Shown: piece after piece, positions 1-9,205 of the stretch | Layout: each line of letters starts with the position of its first letter | How positions within the stretch are numbered: the first letter of the stretch is position 1 | From: a virus | Lineage: Duplodnaviria; Caudoviricetes | Reading direction: 5' to 3' (one strand) | DNA: 45,295 nucleotides | Virus record (IMG/VR): IMGVR_UViG_3300035392_000082 | Coordinates: 1-45,295 of that record | The notes under the pieces: generated by a model | Told to the model about the DNA's origin: nothing | Database searches by the model: none | The model's input: the letters and a program-made list of their open reading frames with translations, nothing else | Program-made: the position numbers and the translations under genes

Positions 1-2436
1 ATAAGTATTACCATTAGTAGCTGTAAATGTATAAGGTGATACTACACCAGTTGTTTCGTAACCGTTTATTGTGATAGAGTAACTAGCTACAGCACCACCA
101 ATTGTAGACGGATACCATGTGGCAACTGCTTGATTAGTTGACCCAGCAGTAATTGTATTTAATGTAGGTGCTCCTGGAGCAACAACATTTACAATACTTG
201 TGGTAAATCTGGTATCTGCAGAACTAGATGTACCTTTAGTGTTTGTAGCTGTAACTGAAGCTGTATATTGAGTGCCTGTACTTAAATTACTTACAATTTG
301 CGAATAATTTGATGTAGCTGCATAAGTTAAACCATTGCATGTTACTACGTACGTAAATGGTGGCGTACCTATAGCCGGAGAATCCCAGTAGATAGTAGCT
401 GATGTTGTTTGTATATTTGACGCACGCGCATTCATAGGTGCCGTTGGTATAACAACAGCTACACCAAGTGTATTTAGTATACAACTAGAAGGAGAACTTG
501 TAGATGTTCCGTTTGTAGCCGACACAAGTATAGTGTAAGCTGTGCTAGCTGTCAATCCAGTTACCCTCTGAGATGTAGTATTGCCTGGATAATAAGGTGT
601 TCCGTTACAAGTAAAGTTATAACTGATTGCTCCAGTTACTGCATCCCAGCGTATAGTGCCTTCATTTGTTAATGCTGTTTCAACTCTTAAGTTTGTTACT
701 TGTGATAAAGTTGCAGTTTGAGTATTTACTACGCAGTAACCAGCTGGACCAGTGCCGCCAGGACCTGTTGCAGTAACGGTGGTAGTATATTGTAAACCTG
801 GCGATAAATACATAATATCTATAAGTCTAGAACCATTATCAACTACGTATGTTCTATTATTACATGTTACAGTATAAGTAAATGGTGTTGAGCCTGTATT
901 CGGTGCATCCCATGATACTCTTGCTGTAGTAGTTGTTGATGAGTTATTAATAACATTTAATGGTGCCGATGGTGCTGTCTTTGTCGTATCTATTGTCATG
1001 AAATTAACTAATCCATACCCGATACTTTCACCGGCAGTGTTACTTGCATAAACATACGCTGTATATGATGTATTGGCTAATAATGAAGACACGTCTCTTT
1101 GTGGTGTTGTAGATGTGTAGTTTTTACCGTCACAAGTTGTTCTGTAACTAGTGGCACCAGTTACTGGATCCCATCTAATAGTGGCGTATGTTGTATATGG
1201 TATAACTGTAATATTTGTAGGAGCCAAAGGTCTTACCGGTACAGCAACTTTTGTAATAACCTGTACAAATCCTGAAGATGCGCTATCGCCACCACCATTG
1301 GAAGCTACGACGTATGTTGGATATGTAGTACTTGCAGTTAGGTTATCTACGGTTTGCGATGTGGATGTCGTTGTATATGTTCTACCATTACACGTGACTG
1401 TATAGCTTGTTGCAGTAGATACAGGTCCCCAAATAATAACTGCACTAATATCTGTGCTAGTGTAACTTACATTTGTTGGGGCATTTGGTTTCACAATGGC
1501 CGCATCTTTTGTATCAAACTCAGCAAATCCAGAACTACCGACACCAGCTGTGTTTACGCCTGTAACAGATACAACGTAATGTGATTTAGCTGTTAAATTA
1601 GTAATTGTGTAAAAAATACTAGATGTTGTATATTCTCTGTTGTTACATACAAGTTTGTAACTAGTAGCGCCAGAAACAGCGGCCCACATTACGTTTGCAG
1701 TTGTTTCTGTTATAGCTGAGACAGATATATTAGTAGGTGTAGTTGGTTTTACTACTTCATTATCTGGTGTGTTAAAAGTGCTATTACTAAAACTTTCACC
1801 CATTGAGTTAATGGCGTATACATATACAGGGTACGATGATTTTGCAGTTAAACCGTATATGTATTGCGATGTACTGGATGTTGTATATGTTTCATTATTA
1901 CACGTTATCCTGTAACTAGTTGCGCCTACTGAAGCAGACCAACTGATAGTAGCTGAAGTTTGTTTTAAATTTGAAATGATAATGTTTAATGGCGCATCTG
2001 GCTTTACTATGGGGACATTATTTGTATTAAAACTTATATACCCTGAATTTCCAGGACCAACGCTATTTACCGCATTAACGTATGCTGTATAAGGTGAGCT
2101 AGCGTTTAGCCCATAAACAACTTGTGTTAAATTACTTGTACTGTATGATTGTTGACCACCACAGTTTATTGTATAACTTTGTGCACCTGTAACTGCACTC
2201 CAAGTTATAGTTGCTCCATTGTGTGAAATGTCTCTAACACTTACATTTTGTGGAGCTGCTGGTAAACCAGATACAAAAACTGCACTTTTTCTATATGCAT
2301 CTCTCAGAGAAATTGTACCAGATGGTTTACCTAATAATGTTCTTACGGTTGTTAAATTTAAACTAGTAGTTCCTGATGCATTTAGTTCTCTTCTGACATC
2401 CCCCATTGAAATAGGGCCTGCTGATTGAAGTGTCAT
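1..2436 (-). CDS. Fibronectin type III repeat protein, probable tail-fibre adhesin (runs off window, 3' partial)
   Basis: Not in the ORF track. ATG at 2436 with an AAGGA RBS; I translated both ends and they share one frame. N-terminus MTLQSAGPISMGDVRRELN...ISLRDAYRKS, then about 9 repeats of about 85 aa (P.aP.N....i....AtI.W.av.gA.sY.vtC....Y...L...t.Y...V.A.N..G), a typical FN3 pattern. Confidence 0.8.
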   Translation of the reverse strand, partial: MTLQSAGPISMGDVRRELNASGTTSLNLTTVRTLLGKPSGTISLRDAYRKSAVFVSGLPAAPQNVSVRDISHNGATITWSAVTGAQSYTINCGGQQSYSTSNLTQVVYGLNASSPYTAYVNAVNSVGPGNSGYISFNTNNVPIVKPDAPLNIIISNLKQTSATISWSASVGATSYRITCNNETYTTSSTSQYIYGLTAKSSYPVYVYAINSMGESFSNSTFNTPDNEVVKPTTPTNISVSAITETTANVMWAAVSGATSYKLVCNNREYTTSSIFYTITNLTAKSHYVVSVTGVNTAGVGSSGFAEFDTKDAAIVKPNAPTNVSYTSTDISAVIIWGPVSTATSYTVTCNGRTYTTTSTSQTVDNLTASTTYPTYVVASNGGGDSASSGFVQVITKVAVPVRPLAPTNITVIPYTTYATIRWDPVTGATSYRTTCDGKNYTSTTPQRDVSSLLANTSYTAYVYASNTAGESIGYGLVNFMTIDTTKTAPSAPLNVINNSSTTTTARVSWDAPNTGSTPFTYTVTCNNRTYVVDNGSRLIDIMYLSPGLQYTTTVTATGPGGTGPAGYCVVNTQTATLSQVTNLRVETALTNEGTIRWDAVTGAISYNFTCNGTPYYPGNTTSQRVTGLTASTAYTILVSATNGTSTSSPSSCILNTLGVAVVIPTAPMNARASNIQTTSATIYWDSPAIGTPPFTYVVTCNGLTYAATSNYSQIVSNLSTGTQYTASVTATNTKGTSSSADTRFTTSIVNVVAPGAPTLNTITAGSTNQAVATWYPSTIGGAVASYSITINGYETTGVVSPYTFTATNGNTY

Positions 2437-2446
2437 AAAAAATCCT

Positions 2447-3040
2447 TTATCTTTCTAATTTTTCAACACGAGATTCCAATACTTTAATCACAGAAAATAA
2501 TTGGTCTAGCATATTCACATATTTTACATTGGCTTTTGCTAACTCTACCACTGATACCATGGCTGCATTGCCATAAGCTACTGACAACGTATCTTCACCT
2601 ATAACAGCTTCAGGTAATATCTTTTTTAAATCTTGTGCAGATACGCCTGATTGTCTAGTGCCTGTATCAATTCTAGTATATATGCCTGATTTTATATTAG
2701 ATAATTGTTCAATAAAGTTATTAGGTAAAGTAGTCCAATCTTTTTTCAGCTTTTCATCTGAAAAAGCAGTTACATTACCATTAGTACTTAGTATGTCACC
2801 GTTAGCCGTTAATGTTCCAGATACAGATAGATTACCTGTAATATTATCACCGGCTTTATTAACAGGTGTGAAACCTAATGCATTTGTAATTTGACTTGAA
2901 GTAAGTCCACTGGAATTCTTATTATCTAAATAAGCTTGAACTAAAGTATTCACTTTAGTGTTAATATCTATACCCATAATTTTTAAACCGTCTTGAAAAT
3001 CAAACGGTTGACGATTTCTGGCTCTGACTAGATTTGACAT
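2447..3040 (-). CDS. Short tail-fibre protein with C-terminal peptidase S74 intramolecular chaperone
   Basis: ALGFTPVNKAGDNITGNL fibre motif; SDEKLK..., GVSAQDL.KILPEAV, LSVAYG and a terminal coiled coil match the S74 autocleavage domain. Confidence 0.8.
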   Translation of the reverse strand: MSNLVRARNRQPFDFQDGLKIMGIDINTKVNTLVQAYLDNKNSSGLTSSQITNALGFTPVNKAGDNITGNLSVSGTLTANGDILSTNGNVTAFSDEKLKKDWTTLPNNFIEQLSNIKSGIYTRIDTGTRQSGVSAQDLKKILPEAVIGEDTLSVAYGNAAMVSVVELAKANVKYVNMLDQLFSVIKVLESRVEKLER

Positions 3041-3091
3041 GAGTTACCCTTTTAAAAAAATTAAATAATCGACGTATCATAGAATTTAAAT

Positions 3092-3745
3092 CTATGTTTG
3101 TGAATCCAAGTGTTCATTCTTTCTTAAAAATACAGTATTATATAAATCTTGTATTTTTCTTTTCTCTTCATCTGTTTGATTACTACCTTGGTTACTAATT
3201 ACATTAGTAAACCCAGGTGGTAATTGTGGTAATTTTGGTATTGGTTCCAATACCTCTAAATCAATCTTTACCCATTCAGAAGTATCGCCATCCGGTGTAA
3301 TGAAAACATCTACTTCCCATTTGAGTATTGAATTTTCTATAGGAAATATATATCTTTTTTTATTCATACCTGTAGTGGCTATCAGTTTAAATTGATTAAA
3401 CATATCCTCACTGGCCATTATTTCTATTTCTTTATTACCTTCTGATACTTTAATTTTAGTAGCTAATACATAATTAATTTTATCACCACTTGTTGTTTTT
3501 CTTACTCTGATTCTGCCACTTGTAAAGTTATCAAACATTTTAGGCACTTTAACTTCCCATTGTTCTTGTAAGCAAAAACTTTCCGCTTTATCTAAAATAG
3601 CGATATTTGCTATTTTAGCATATAAAACATATTCTTTTTCTATAAACGCTTTACCGTCTACAATTGGCGGCGGTGTGTTTACTACTCTAGCTACCACTTC
3701 TTCATGTAGCGATTCTTTTGAATAACTAAAAATGTTAATTCTCAT
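3092..3745 (-). CDS. CYTH / triphosphate tunnel metalloenzyme-like protein
   Basis: EKEYVL, RIRVRK, TKIK, EIE, KKRY, WEVDVF and DLEV motifs in CYTH order. Confidence 0.65.
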   Translation of the reverse strand: MRINIFSYSKESLHEEVVARVVNTPPPIVDGKAFIEKEYVLYAKIANIAILDKAESFCLQEQWEVKVPKMFDNFTSGRIRVRKTTSGDKINYVLATKIKVSEGNKEIEIMASEDMFNQFKLIATTGMNKKRYIFPIENSILKWEVDVFITPDGDTSEWVKIDLEVLEPIPKLPQLPPGFTNVISNQGSNQTDEEKRKIQDLYNTVFLRKNEHLDSQT

Positions 3746-3752
3746 TATACCC

Positions 3753-4601
3753 TCACTGAGTAAATTTAAGCACTACTTTAGATATTGCAATATCTACTTT
3801 AGTGGTATCTGTAATATCTGGATAAATATCACTTAAATGTTTTCTTATAACTAATAGTGGATTTTTTACACCATCGTAAGATAGCGTTGTTAGCCCTACT
3901 AAATCTTCAGCTATTTGCTCTACATACCCAGTACTTGTATCCTGTAATAAACCAGCTTTATCAACAATGTATTGTTTAATATAGTCTATGTATGGTAAAC
4001 CTATACTACTAGCTTGATCAAAGAATTTATCACTATAACCAGAATTATGTTTAAGCACTAACTCTTTAAATCTAGTATAGGCATCAACGTGTTCTTTAAT
4101 TTTATCTAAATCAGCATAAGTTTCTCTAACAATAATTACTTGTTTTTTAAAATTATCTATAAACATTTCATTCAGTTTGTACAACATACTAAGAACTTCT
4201 TCAACAGTAAATACTGTTTGTAAATTCATTAGTTGGCAGAACTTAATATCATCCGATTCATCGGATTCTAAAACGTCTTGTAATATTATTTTATCGTTAT
4301 AAAAAGGTATTTCGTATAAAGCGTCTGTTATTTCAATTAACTGAAATAACGTGCAATCATCGTTTAATATTACGCCTTGTAAATCTAATAAACTTTCTAA
4401 AATACTTTTTAATTTAAATCTTAATTTATCTAGATGTACGACTGAGTCATCTTCGCTATTATTATTAATTATGTTATTAAAATCGTTCATGTAATCTTCA
4501 ACATTGTATTTATCAAAAACATGAGTAGCTTTATCAAAAAGTTCCACAATGTCATCACTCGTGATATATATAAGATAATTTCGTAATTCTGAGTATATCA
4601 T
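3753..4601 (-). CDS. Hypothetical phage protein (acidic, helical)
   Basis: 282-aa ORF with GAGAG RBS; no recognised motif. Confidence 0.6.
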   Translation of the reverse strand: MIYSELRNYLIYITSDDIVELFDKATHVFDKYNVEDYMNDFNNIINNNSEDDSVVHLDKLRFKLKSILESLLDLQGVILNDDCTLFQLIEITDALYEIPFYNDKIILQDVLESDESDDIKFCQLMNLQTVFTVEEVLSMLYKLNEMFIDNFKKQVIIVRETYADLDKIKEHVDAYTRFKELVLKHNSGYSDKFFDQASSIGLPYIDYIKQYIVDKAGLLQDTSTGYVEQIAEDLVGLTTLSYDGVKNPLLVIRKHLSDIYPDITDTTKVDIAISKVVLKFTQ

Positions 4602-4627
4602 CGTTCTCTCTTTTCTAAAAATAAATC

Positions 4628-4645
4628 CAGTTAGTAATATATTCT
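4628..4645 (-). promoter_or_regulatory. Putative early-type promoter (TATATTAC core)
   Basis: Minus strand reads TATATTACTAA about 30 nt upstream of the 4601 ATG; partial match to the repeated motif in this window. Confidence 0.45.
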
Positions 4646-4730
4646 GTACCAGTAAAACGGTAAATTCATATTAGGTTTGTCAAATGATTGACAAAAATAA
4701 AACTAATTAAATATTTTTGGAGTATAGGTA

Positions 4731-5303
4731 ATGTCAACTAAATTAAGTAAAGTGCATCAACGTGTATTAGATAAAAACAGGATAGCTCATGATGAGGAAT
4801 TGAAAGCTAAACAAGAAGCAGATAAAGCAGCATTAGTTAATAATTTTTGGGATGTAGCTCATGAACATTACAATAGTAGCATGGAGGCAATTGCACATGT
4901 AGAAGGTACTCTGAGAGATGTGTTGGTTGAATTTGTAAAAGATGGCAGTAAAGTTAAGAAGGTTAAAGATCATGTTGCTTTAGCTGATAATATTAATATA
5001 TTATCAAAAGATTTGAATGAACATGTTGATCGTTTAAATAATATATATTCTAAACATTCTGATAAAACTGGAGGAACTAGTACTGCTGACGAGCATATGT
5101 CATTACTACAAATTCACGGTGAATACGCTGAAGCCTTAGAGGTATATGAAGCTAATATTATTCCAACTGTTTCTTTTATTTTAGAACAGATTGGTACAGT
5201 AGAGGAATTGCTAGTAGCTGAACAACAAGCTACAGACGTAAACGTAATAACCGATGTAGAAGTTAAAACACCTACAGAACAATTAACTGAAAGTGCCCAA
5301 TGA
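4731..5303 (+). CDS. Hypothetical helical protein
   Basis: 190-aa ORF, GGAG RBS, ATGA overlap with the next gene. Confidence 0.65.
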   Translation: MSTKLSKVHQRVLDKNRIAHDEELKAKQEADKAALVNNFWDVAHEHYNSSMEAIAHVEGTLRDVLVEFVKDGSKVKKVKDHVALADNINILSKDLNEHVDRLNNIYSKHSDKTGGTSTADEHMSLLQIHGEYAEALEVYEANIIPTVSFILEQIGTVEELLVAEQQATDVNVITDVEVKTPTEQLTESAQ

Positions 5304-6811
5304 GTGAAATCAAAACTGAACCATTAGTGTTGGACGATGAACCGGTTGCTAAACCAATTGAACAAATTGCTAAACCAATTATTAATCCAACCCCAGTTCC
5401 AGAAGTAAAGAAAGTAATTAATAAAGTAAACTTTACTGAACAGACGCCATATTCATCTAAGCTAGAAGACCCATTTGAATATGGTGTTGAAACTGCTTTT
5501 ATGCCAAGCAATACTACGAAGGTAACGGAATCTCTTATTAAAGATATACCTAGAACAAGGCTAGCAGAAACACAACAAGGTAAAGAATGGATCGGTGCTG
5601 TTAATGCTGGATTAGAGACAGTGGTATATAGTAATGGTTTAAATAGAACAGTGTATAGAGATGATGCAAACTTTGTACAGGGTGTGGATTCACAACAAGG
5701 TATTTTGACAGCATCTGCTCCTGTTTTTAAATCTAATGAAGCTAATAAATTTACTGGAGAAAGAGCTAGATTACGAATTCGTCAGGCTCTTAAATTAGGC
5801 GTAATTTTTAATGTTCCATTGTGGCATAGTGGATTCTGGATTAGAATTAAAGCTCCTAGTGAAGGTGATCTATTAGAACTATATAGACAGATTACAGCTG
5901 AGAAAATTACATTAGGTAGATCGAGTTATGGTTTATTATTCTCTAATAATACATCATACACATCTAAAATTATTTTAGATTTTTGCATTGAAAATATGTA
6001 TGAGTCATCACTGGTTATTAAAGATGGTGATAATATTCGTAAATATATTAAGACTCCAGATCTGCCTATTTTATTATGGGGTTTAGCTTGTAGTATTTAT
6101 CCTAATGGATTCCAATACACGCGGCCATGTATTTCTGATCCAGAAAAATGTAATCACATTGTAAAAGAAAAGTTAGATTTAACTAAACTTCTTTGGACCG
6201 ATACATCATCACTTACGCAATTTCAAATTAACCACATGACTAAACGTCAGCGCGGTAGTATGGATACGGATAGTTTAAAACGATATGGTGATGAATTTAT
6301 TCGTGGGCAAAAGAAAAAAATTACATTATCTGATCAGGTAAATATTACAGTTAAAATACCTACAATAGTCGAGCATATTGATTCCGGATATCGTTGGGTA
6401 AATACTATTGAAGAGAGTTATGGTAAAGCTTTGATTCAAGACGAATCCAAACGAGATGATTATTTATTATCTCAGGGTAAAGCTACTGTCATGAGGCAGT
6501 ATTCTCATTTTGTAGAATCAATTGAAGTAGCTGGCGATGTTTATGATGATATTGATACACTAGAAGAAGTATTAAATGATCTTACGGCTAGTGATAAAAT
6601 TCGAGTATCTTTCATGGATAAGGTAGCAGAGTATTTAGATGAGTCTATAATTTCTTTGATTGCTATTCCTACATTCACTTGTCCAAATTGTGGAGGTGAA
6701 CAAGTTCCTACTAAAGAATATGTTCGTCACCCAAATCTGATTCCATTGGATATTGTCCAAACTTTTTTTACCCTCTTAATAGCAAGACTCAGGAAGATCG
6801 AAGCGCGCTAG
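5300..6811 (+). CDS. Putative tail/baseplate-hub assembly chaperone with Cys motifs (G-like product)
   Basis: 503 aa with CISDPEKC and CPNCG; slippery heptamer near the 3' end. Function is inferred. Confidence 0.5.
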   Translation: MSEIKTEPLVLDDEPVAKPIEQIAKPIINPTPVPEVKKVINKVNFTEQTPYSSKLEDPFEYGVETAFMPSNTTKVTESLIKDIPRTRLAETQQGKEWIGAVNAGLETVVYSNGLNRTVYRDDANFVQGVDSQQGILTASAPVFKSNEANKFTGERARLRIRQALKLGVIFNVPLWHSGFWIRIKAPSEGDLLELYRQITAEKITLGRSSYGLLFSNNTSYTSKIILDFCIENMYESSLVIKDGDNIRKYIKTPDLPILLWGLACSIYPNGFQYTRPCISDPEKCNHIVKEKLDLTKLLWTDTSSLTQFQINHMTKRQRGSMDTDSLKRYGDEFIRGQKKKITLSDQVNITVKIPTIVEHIDSGYRWVNTIEESYGKALIQDESKRDDYLLSQGKATVMRQYSHFVESIEVAGDVYDDIDTLEEVLNDLTASDKIRVSFMDKVAEYLDESIISLIAIPTFTCPNCGGEQVPTKEYVRHPNLIPLDIVQTFFTLLIARLRKIEAR

Positions 6812-7260
6812 AAAGAGTACATGTTAGTGATCAAAACTTCGGTCTAGAGATTAAAGAAGATAGTTTATTAGTCAGAGTTTTAAAAGAAGTAAAAAAGACT
6901 GATAGTGTATCTAGTAAATCACTGTTACATCAGGCATATGAAAACTCACAAGGTATTCATGATTATATTGCTCAGGAAATGTATGAGCAATCCGTGTTTG
7001 ACCCTGAACTTAAAAGACCTTTAAGTTCAGTAGCTTTACATGATGCCGAGAATGTATGTGATCCAAGTAGGTTGTATGAAGTAATCAAACTGTATGCTGA
7101 TAGAAAAGTATATACTCATTACGGTTTATCATTGACAGATTATCTTGACTTACCTCACGATATCGCTGTTTACATAATGACAGACTGTACTACTAGATTA
7201 CAAAAAGAATACAACACTACTAGTGAAGTAATAGATTCTTTAAACATGACAAAAAAATAA
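6763..7260 (+). CDS. -1 frameshift extension (GT-like C-terminal part); includes the tracked 6979..7260 ORF
   Basis: T TTT TTT at 6763-6769 in correct phase; the -1 frame is stop-free from 6700 to 7257 with no ATG until 6979; YGLSLTDYLDLP resembles gpGT T-domain motifs. Confidence 0.6.
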   Translation, partial: FFYPLNSKTQEDRSALERVHVSDQNFGLEIKEDSLLVRVLKEVKKTDSVSSKSLLHQAYENSQGIHDYIAQEMYEQSVFDPELKRPLSSVALHDAENVCDPSRLYEVIKLYADRKVYTHYGLSLTDYLDLPHDIAVYIMTDCTTRLQKEYNTTSEVIDSLNMTKK

Positions 7261-7347
7261 ATTCATTGTCTCTAACTACTTTGACACAAAAAAAAAATCC
7301 GTAGATCTTTTTTAACCATTGTACAACGCCCAATGGTAGGCGAATTA

Positions 7348-7431
7348 TCAATCAGGGAGGCGGATGAATCGGCCTAGGCCGATATGTTTATAAAAAGACC
7401 CATCCACGAAAAGTATATAGCCAACTGCCAT
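7348..7431 (-). CDS. Unannotated 27-aa ORF MAVGYILFVDGSFYKHIGLGRFIRLPD
   Basis: GGAG RBS 7 nt upstream of the ATG; lies just downstream of a copy of the repeated promoter. Confidence 0.5.
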   Translation of the reverse strand: MAVGYILFVDGSFYKHIGLGRFIRLPD

Positions 7432-7506
7432 TTTTCAACTCCATTTAGGAAATAGGCACTTTAAAGGTGTACCAAATACCTTGAGTTCGTAATACACATA
7501 CTTGCT

Positions 7507-7541
7507 CAAATTAGTTATATGTGACTGAAAAAATCTGGAAT
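7507..7541 (-). promoter_or_regulatory. Repeated early-type promoter
   Basis: caaattagttatatgtgactgaaaaaatct is identical to the copy at 32229. Confidence 0.7.
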
Positions 7542-7572
7542 TGAATATTTTAATACAAAAGAAATAACCACT

Positions 7573-7614
7573 ATCATACACCCTAATACCAAATACGGTA
7601 TTAGGGTGTATGAT
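7573..7614. terminator. Long hairpin, probable terminator of the helicase operon
   Basis: Inverted repeat atcatacaccctaatacc / ggtattagggtgtatgat. Confidence 0.7.
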
Positions 7615-7629
7615 GTAAGTTCAAACACA

Positions 7630-9153
7630 TTAAACTACATATCCACTATATATTTCATTAAATGTAGCACATCTTTCTAACAACATTGTTTTCTTTGAAT
7701 AATGGTATTGTACACTTTTATCTATATCGTCACTAACAAAGTAATAAAAGTTTACAGGGGTACCATCTTCTAATTTTCTTAATCTACCTAACCCTTGCAC
7801 GTTCGACTGTATTGAGTTTACGCTAGTTGTTAATATCACAGTAGTTAAATCTTTAATGTCTACGCCAGTTCCACTTGATCCTAATGTAGACACACAGATA
7901 TCAGCTTCCATTAAATTAGAATATTCATCTTCGCTTACGTATCTCCTGATATCAAATTGAGGATATTTCTTTTTTAAATATATGACAAGATCAGATATTA
8001 AATCAACAGAATAAGCAAATATTAACATTCTTTTATTCTTTCGTTCACACATTAAATAACTAATTTCAATTGCATAATTTATTAAATCGAAATAGTTTTT
8101 CATAGTGGGAAAATGTTTCATGATGCTTTTTTCTACAGCACCCATAGAAAAATTATTACTACCGTATTCAGTAGTTTTAATTAGGTCTGGTTTTTTAAAC
8201 CGATAGTGTATTGCGTGAGAATGTATATATTTAATTAGTTGTGTATCCTTGTATCTATTTCTAACAGGGTATGCTAACTCATGCATTCTTTCAATAAACG
8301 GATCATCGGAGATCATGGTAGCTGATAAAGCTATTGATTGAGGAACATGTGTAAAAGTGTCTGTTCTGAAACACCCATGAAAATGTTGATGGATCTCATC
8401 GATCAGTCGTACACCAATTTGAAGTCTTTCAAAAAATTCAAACGGGAGAATATCGTATCCCATGTCAAGTGTATCTTCTTGAAATTTTTCATATTGCTTC
8501 ATCCAGTTGTTAAAAGTCATATTACTGATAATGATAATTTTAGCAGTAACTCTATTTTCTTTAGCCATCATTAATAATTTCATTAATGATGGGGTGCCTT
8601 GGATCAGTAAGATATCTTCTTTATTGATTTCATAAGTAGCTAATATTTCTTCTACCCATTTTTCAACATATGAAGCTCTAACTATAATGCAAACTCTTTG
8701 ACCTATTTTTGACATAGCCATTAAACTAACGAATCCTTTGCCCCTACCTGTAGCTATACCGACTAATTTAGAAACTGGTAACTGTTGTTGGAGATATTCA
8801 ATAATTGGTACCTGATAATCTCTAGCCACCCACTGTGGTTTCATAATCAATTCTACTTTAGCTGGTTCGTACATTGGAACTTCAATTATCTCATACATGA
8901 ATTCAGTCCAATTTTTTGTAACTAAATTTTGTTTAAAGTTATTTAAACAATTTATATGAAATCTAAATTCACCTCTATCAACAGTAGCACTAGCAAATAC
9001 TTTTACAGGTGTTCTTACCATTGTTCCTTTTACAGGTACAAATCCATATTGTACAAACTGTCTACAAAAAGCTAAACATAATTGTTTAGCTCGCTCAGTT
9101 AAATCGGTTACCGAGAAATGATGAGAATATACAGTAATTTTTAAATGTTTCAT
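7630..9153 (-). CDS. SF2 DExH helicase (phiKZ gp75-like)
   Basis: ATGRGK, DEIH, SAT, GTGVD and QGLGRLR motifs; synteny. Confidence 0.9.
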   Translation of the reverse strand: MKHLKITVYSHHFSVTDLTERAKQLCLAFCRQFVQYGFVPVKGTMVRTPVKVFASATVDRGEFRFHINCLNNFKQNLVTKNWTEFMYEIIEVPMYEPAKVELIMKPQWVARDYQVPIIEYLQQQLPVSKLVGIATGRGKGFVSLMAMSKIGQRVCIIVRASYVEKWVEEILATYEINKEDILLIQGTPSLMKLLMMAKENRVTAKIIIISNMTFNNWMKQYEKFQEDTLDMGYDILPFEFFERLQIGVRLIDEIHQHFHGCFRTDTFTHVPQSIALSATMISDDPFIERMHELAYPVRNRYKDTQLIKYIHSHAIHYRFKKPDLIKTTEYGSNNFSMGAVEKSIMKHFPTMKNYFDLINYAIEISYLMCERKNKRMLIFAYSVDLISDLVIYLKKKYPQFDIRRYVSEDEYSNLMEADICVSTLGSSGTGVDIKDLTTVILTTSVNSIQSNVQGLGRLRKLEDGTPVNFYYFVSDDIDKSVQYHYSKKTMLLERCATFNEIYSGYVV

Positions 9154-9205
9154 AATTAAAAAAGAGTAGATACTAAACTGAGGTATCTGCTCAGTTTAGT
9201 ACGCA

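Noticed and set aside
287-2428. Short tracked ORFs (287-484, 1151-1405, 1354-1584, 2219-2428)
   Set aside because: Off-frame or antisense shadows of the long FN3 gene.
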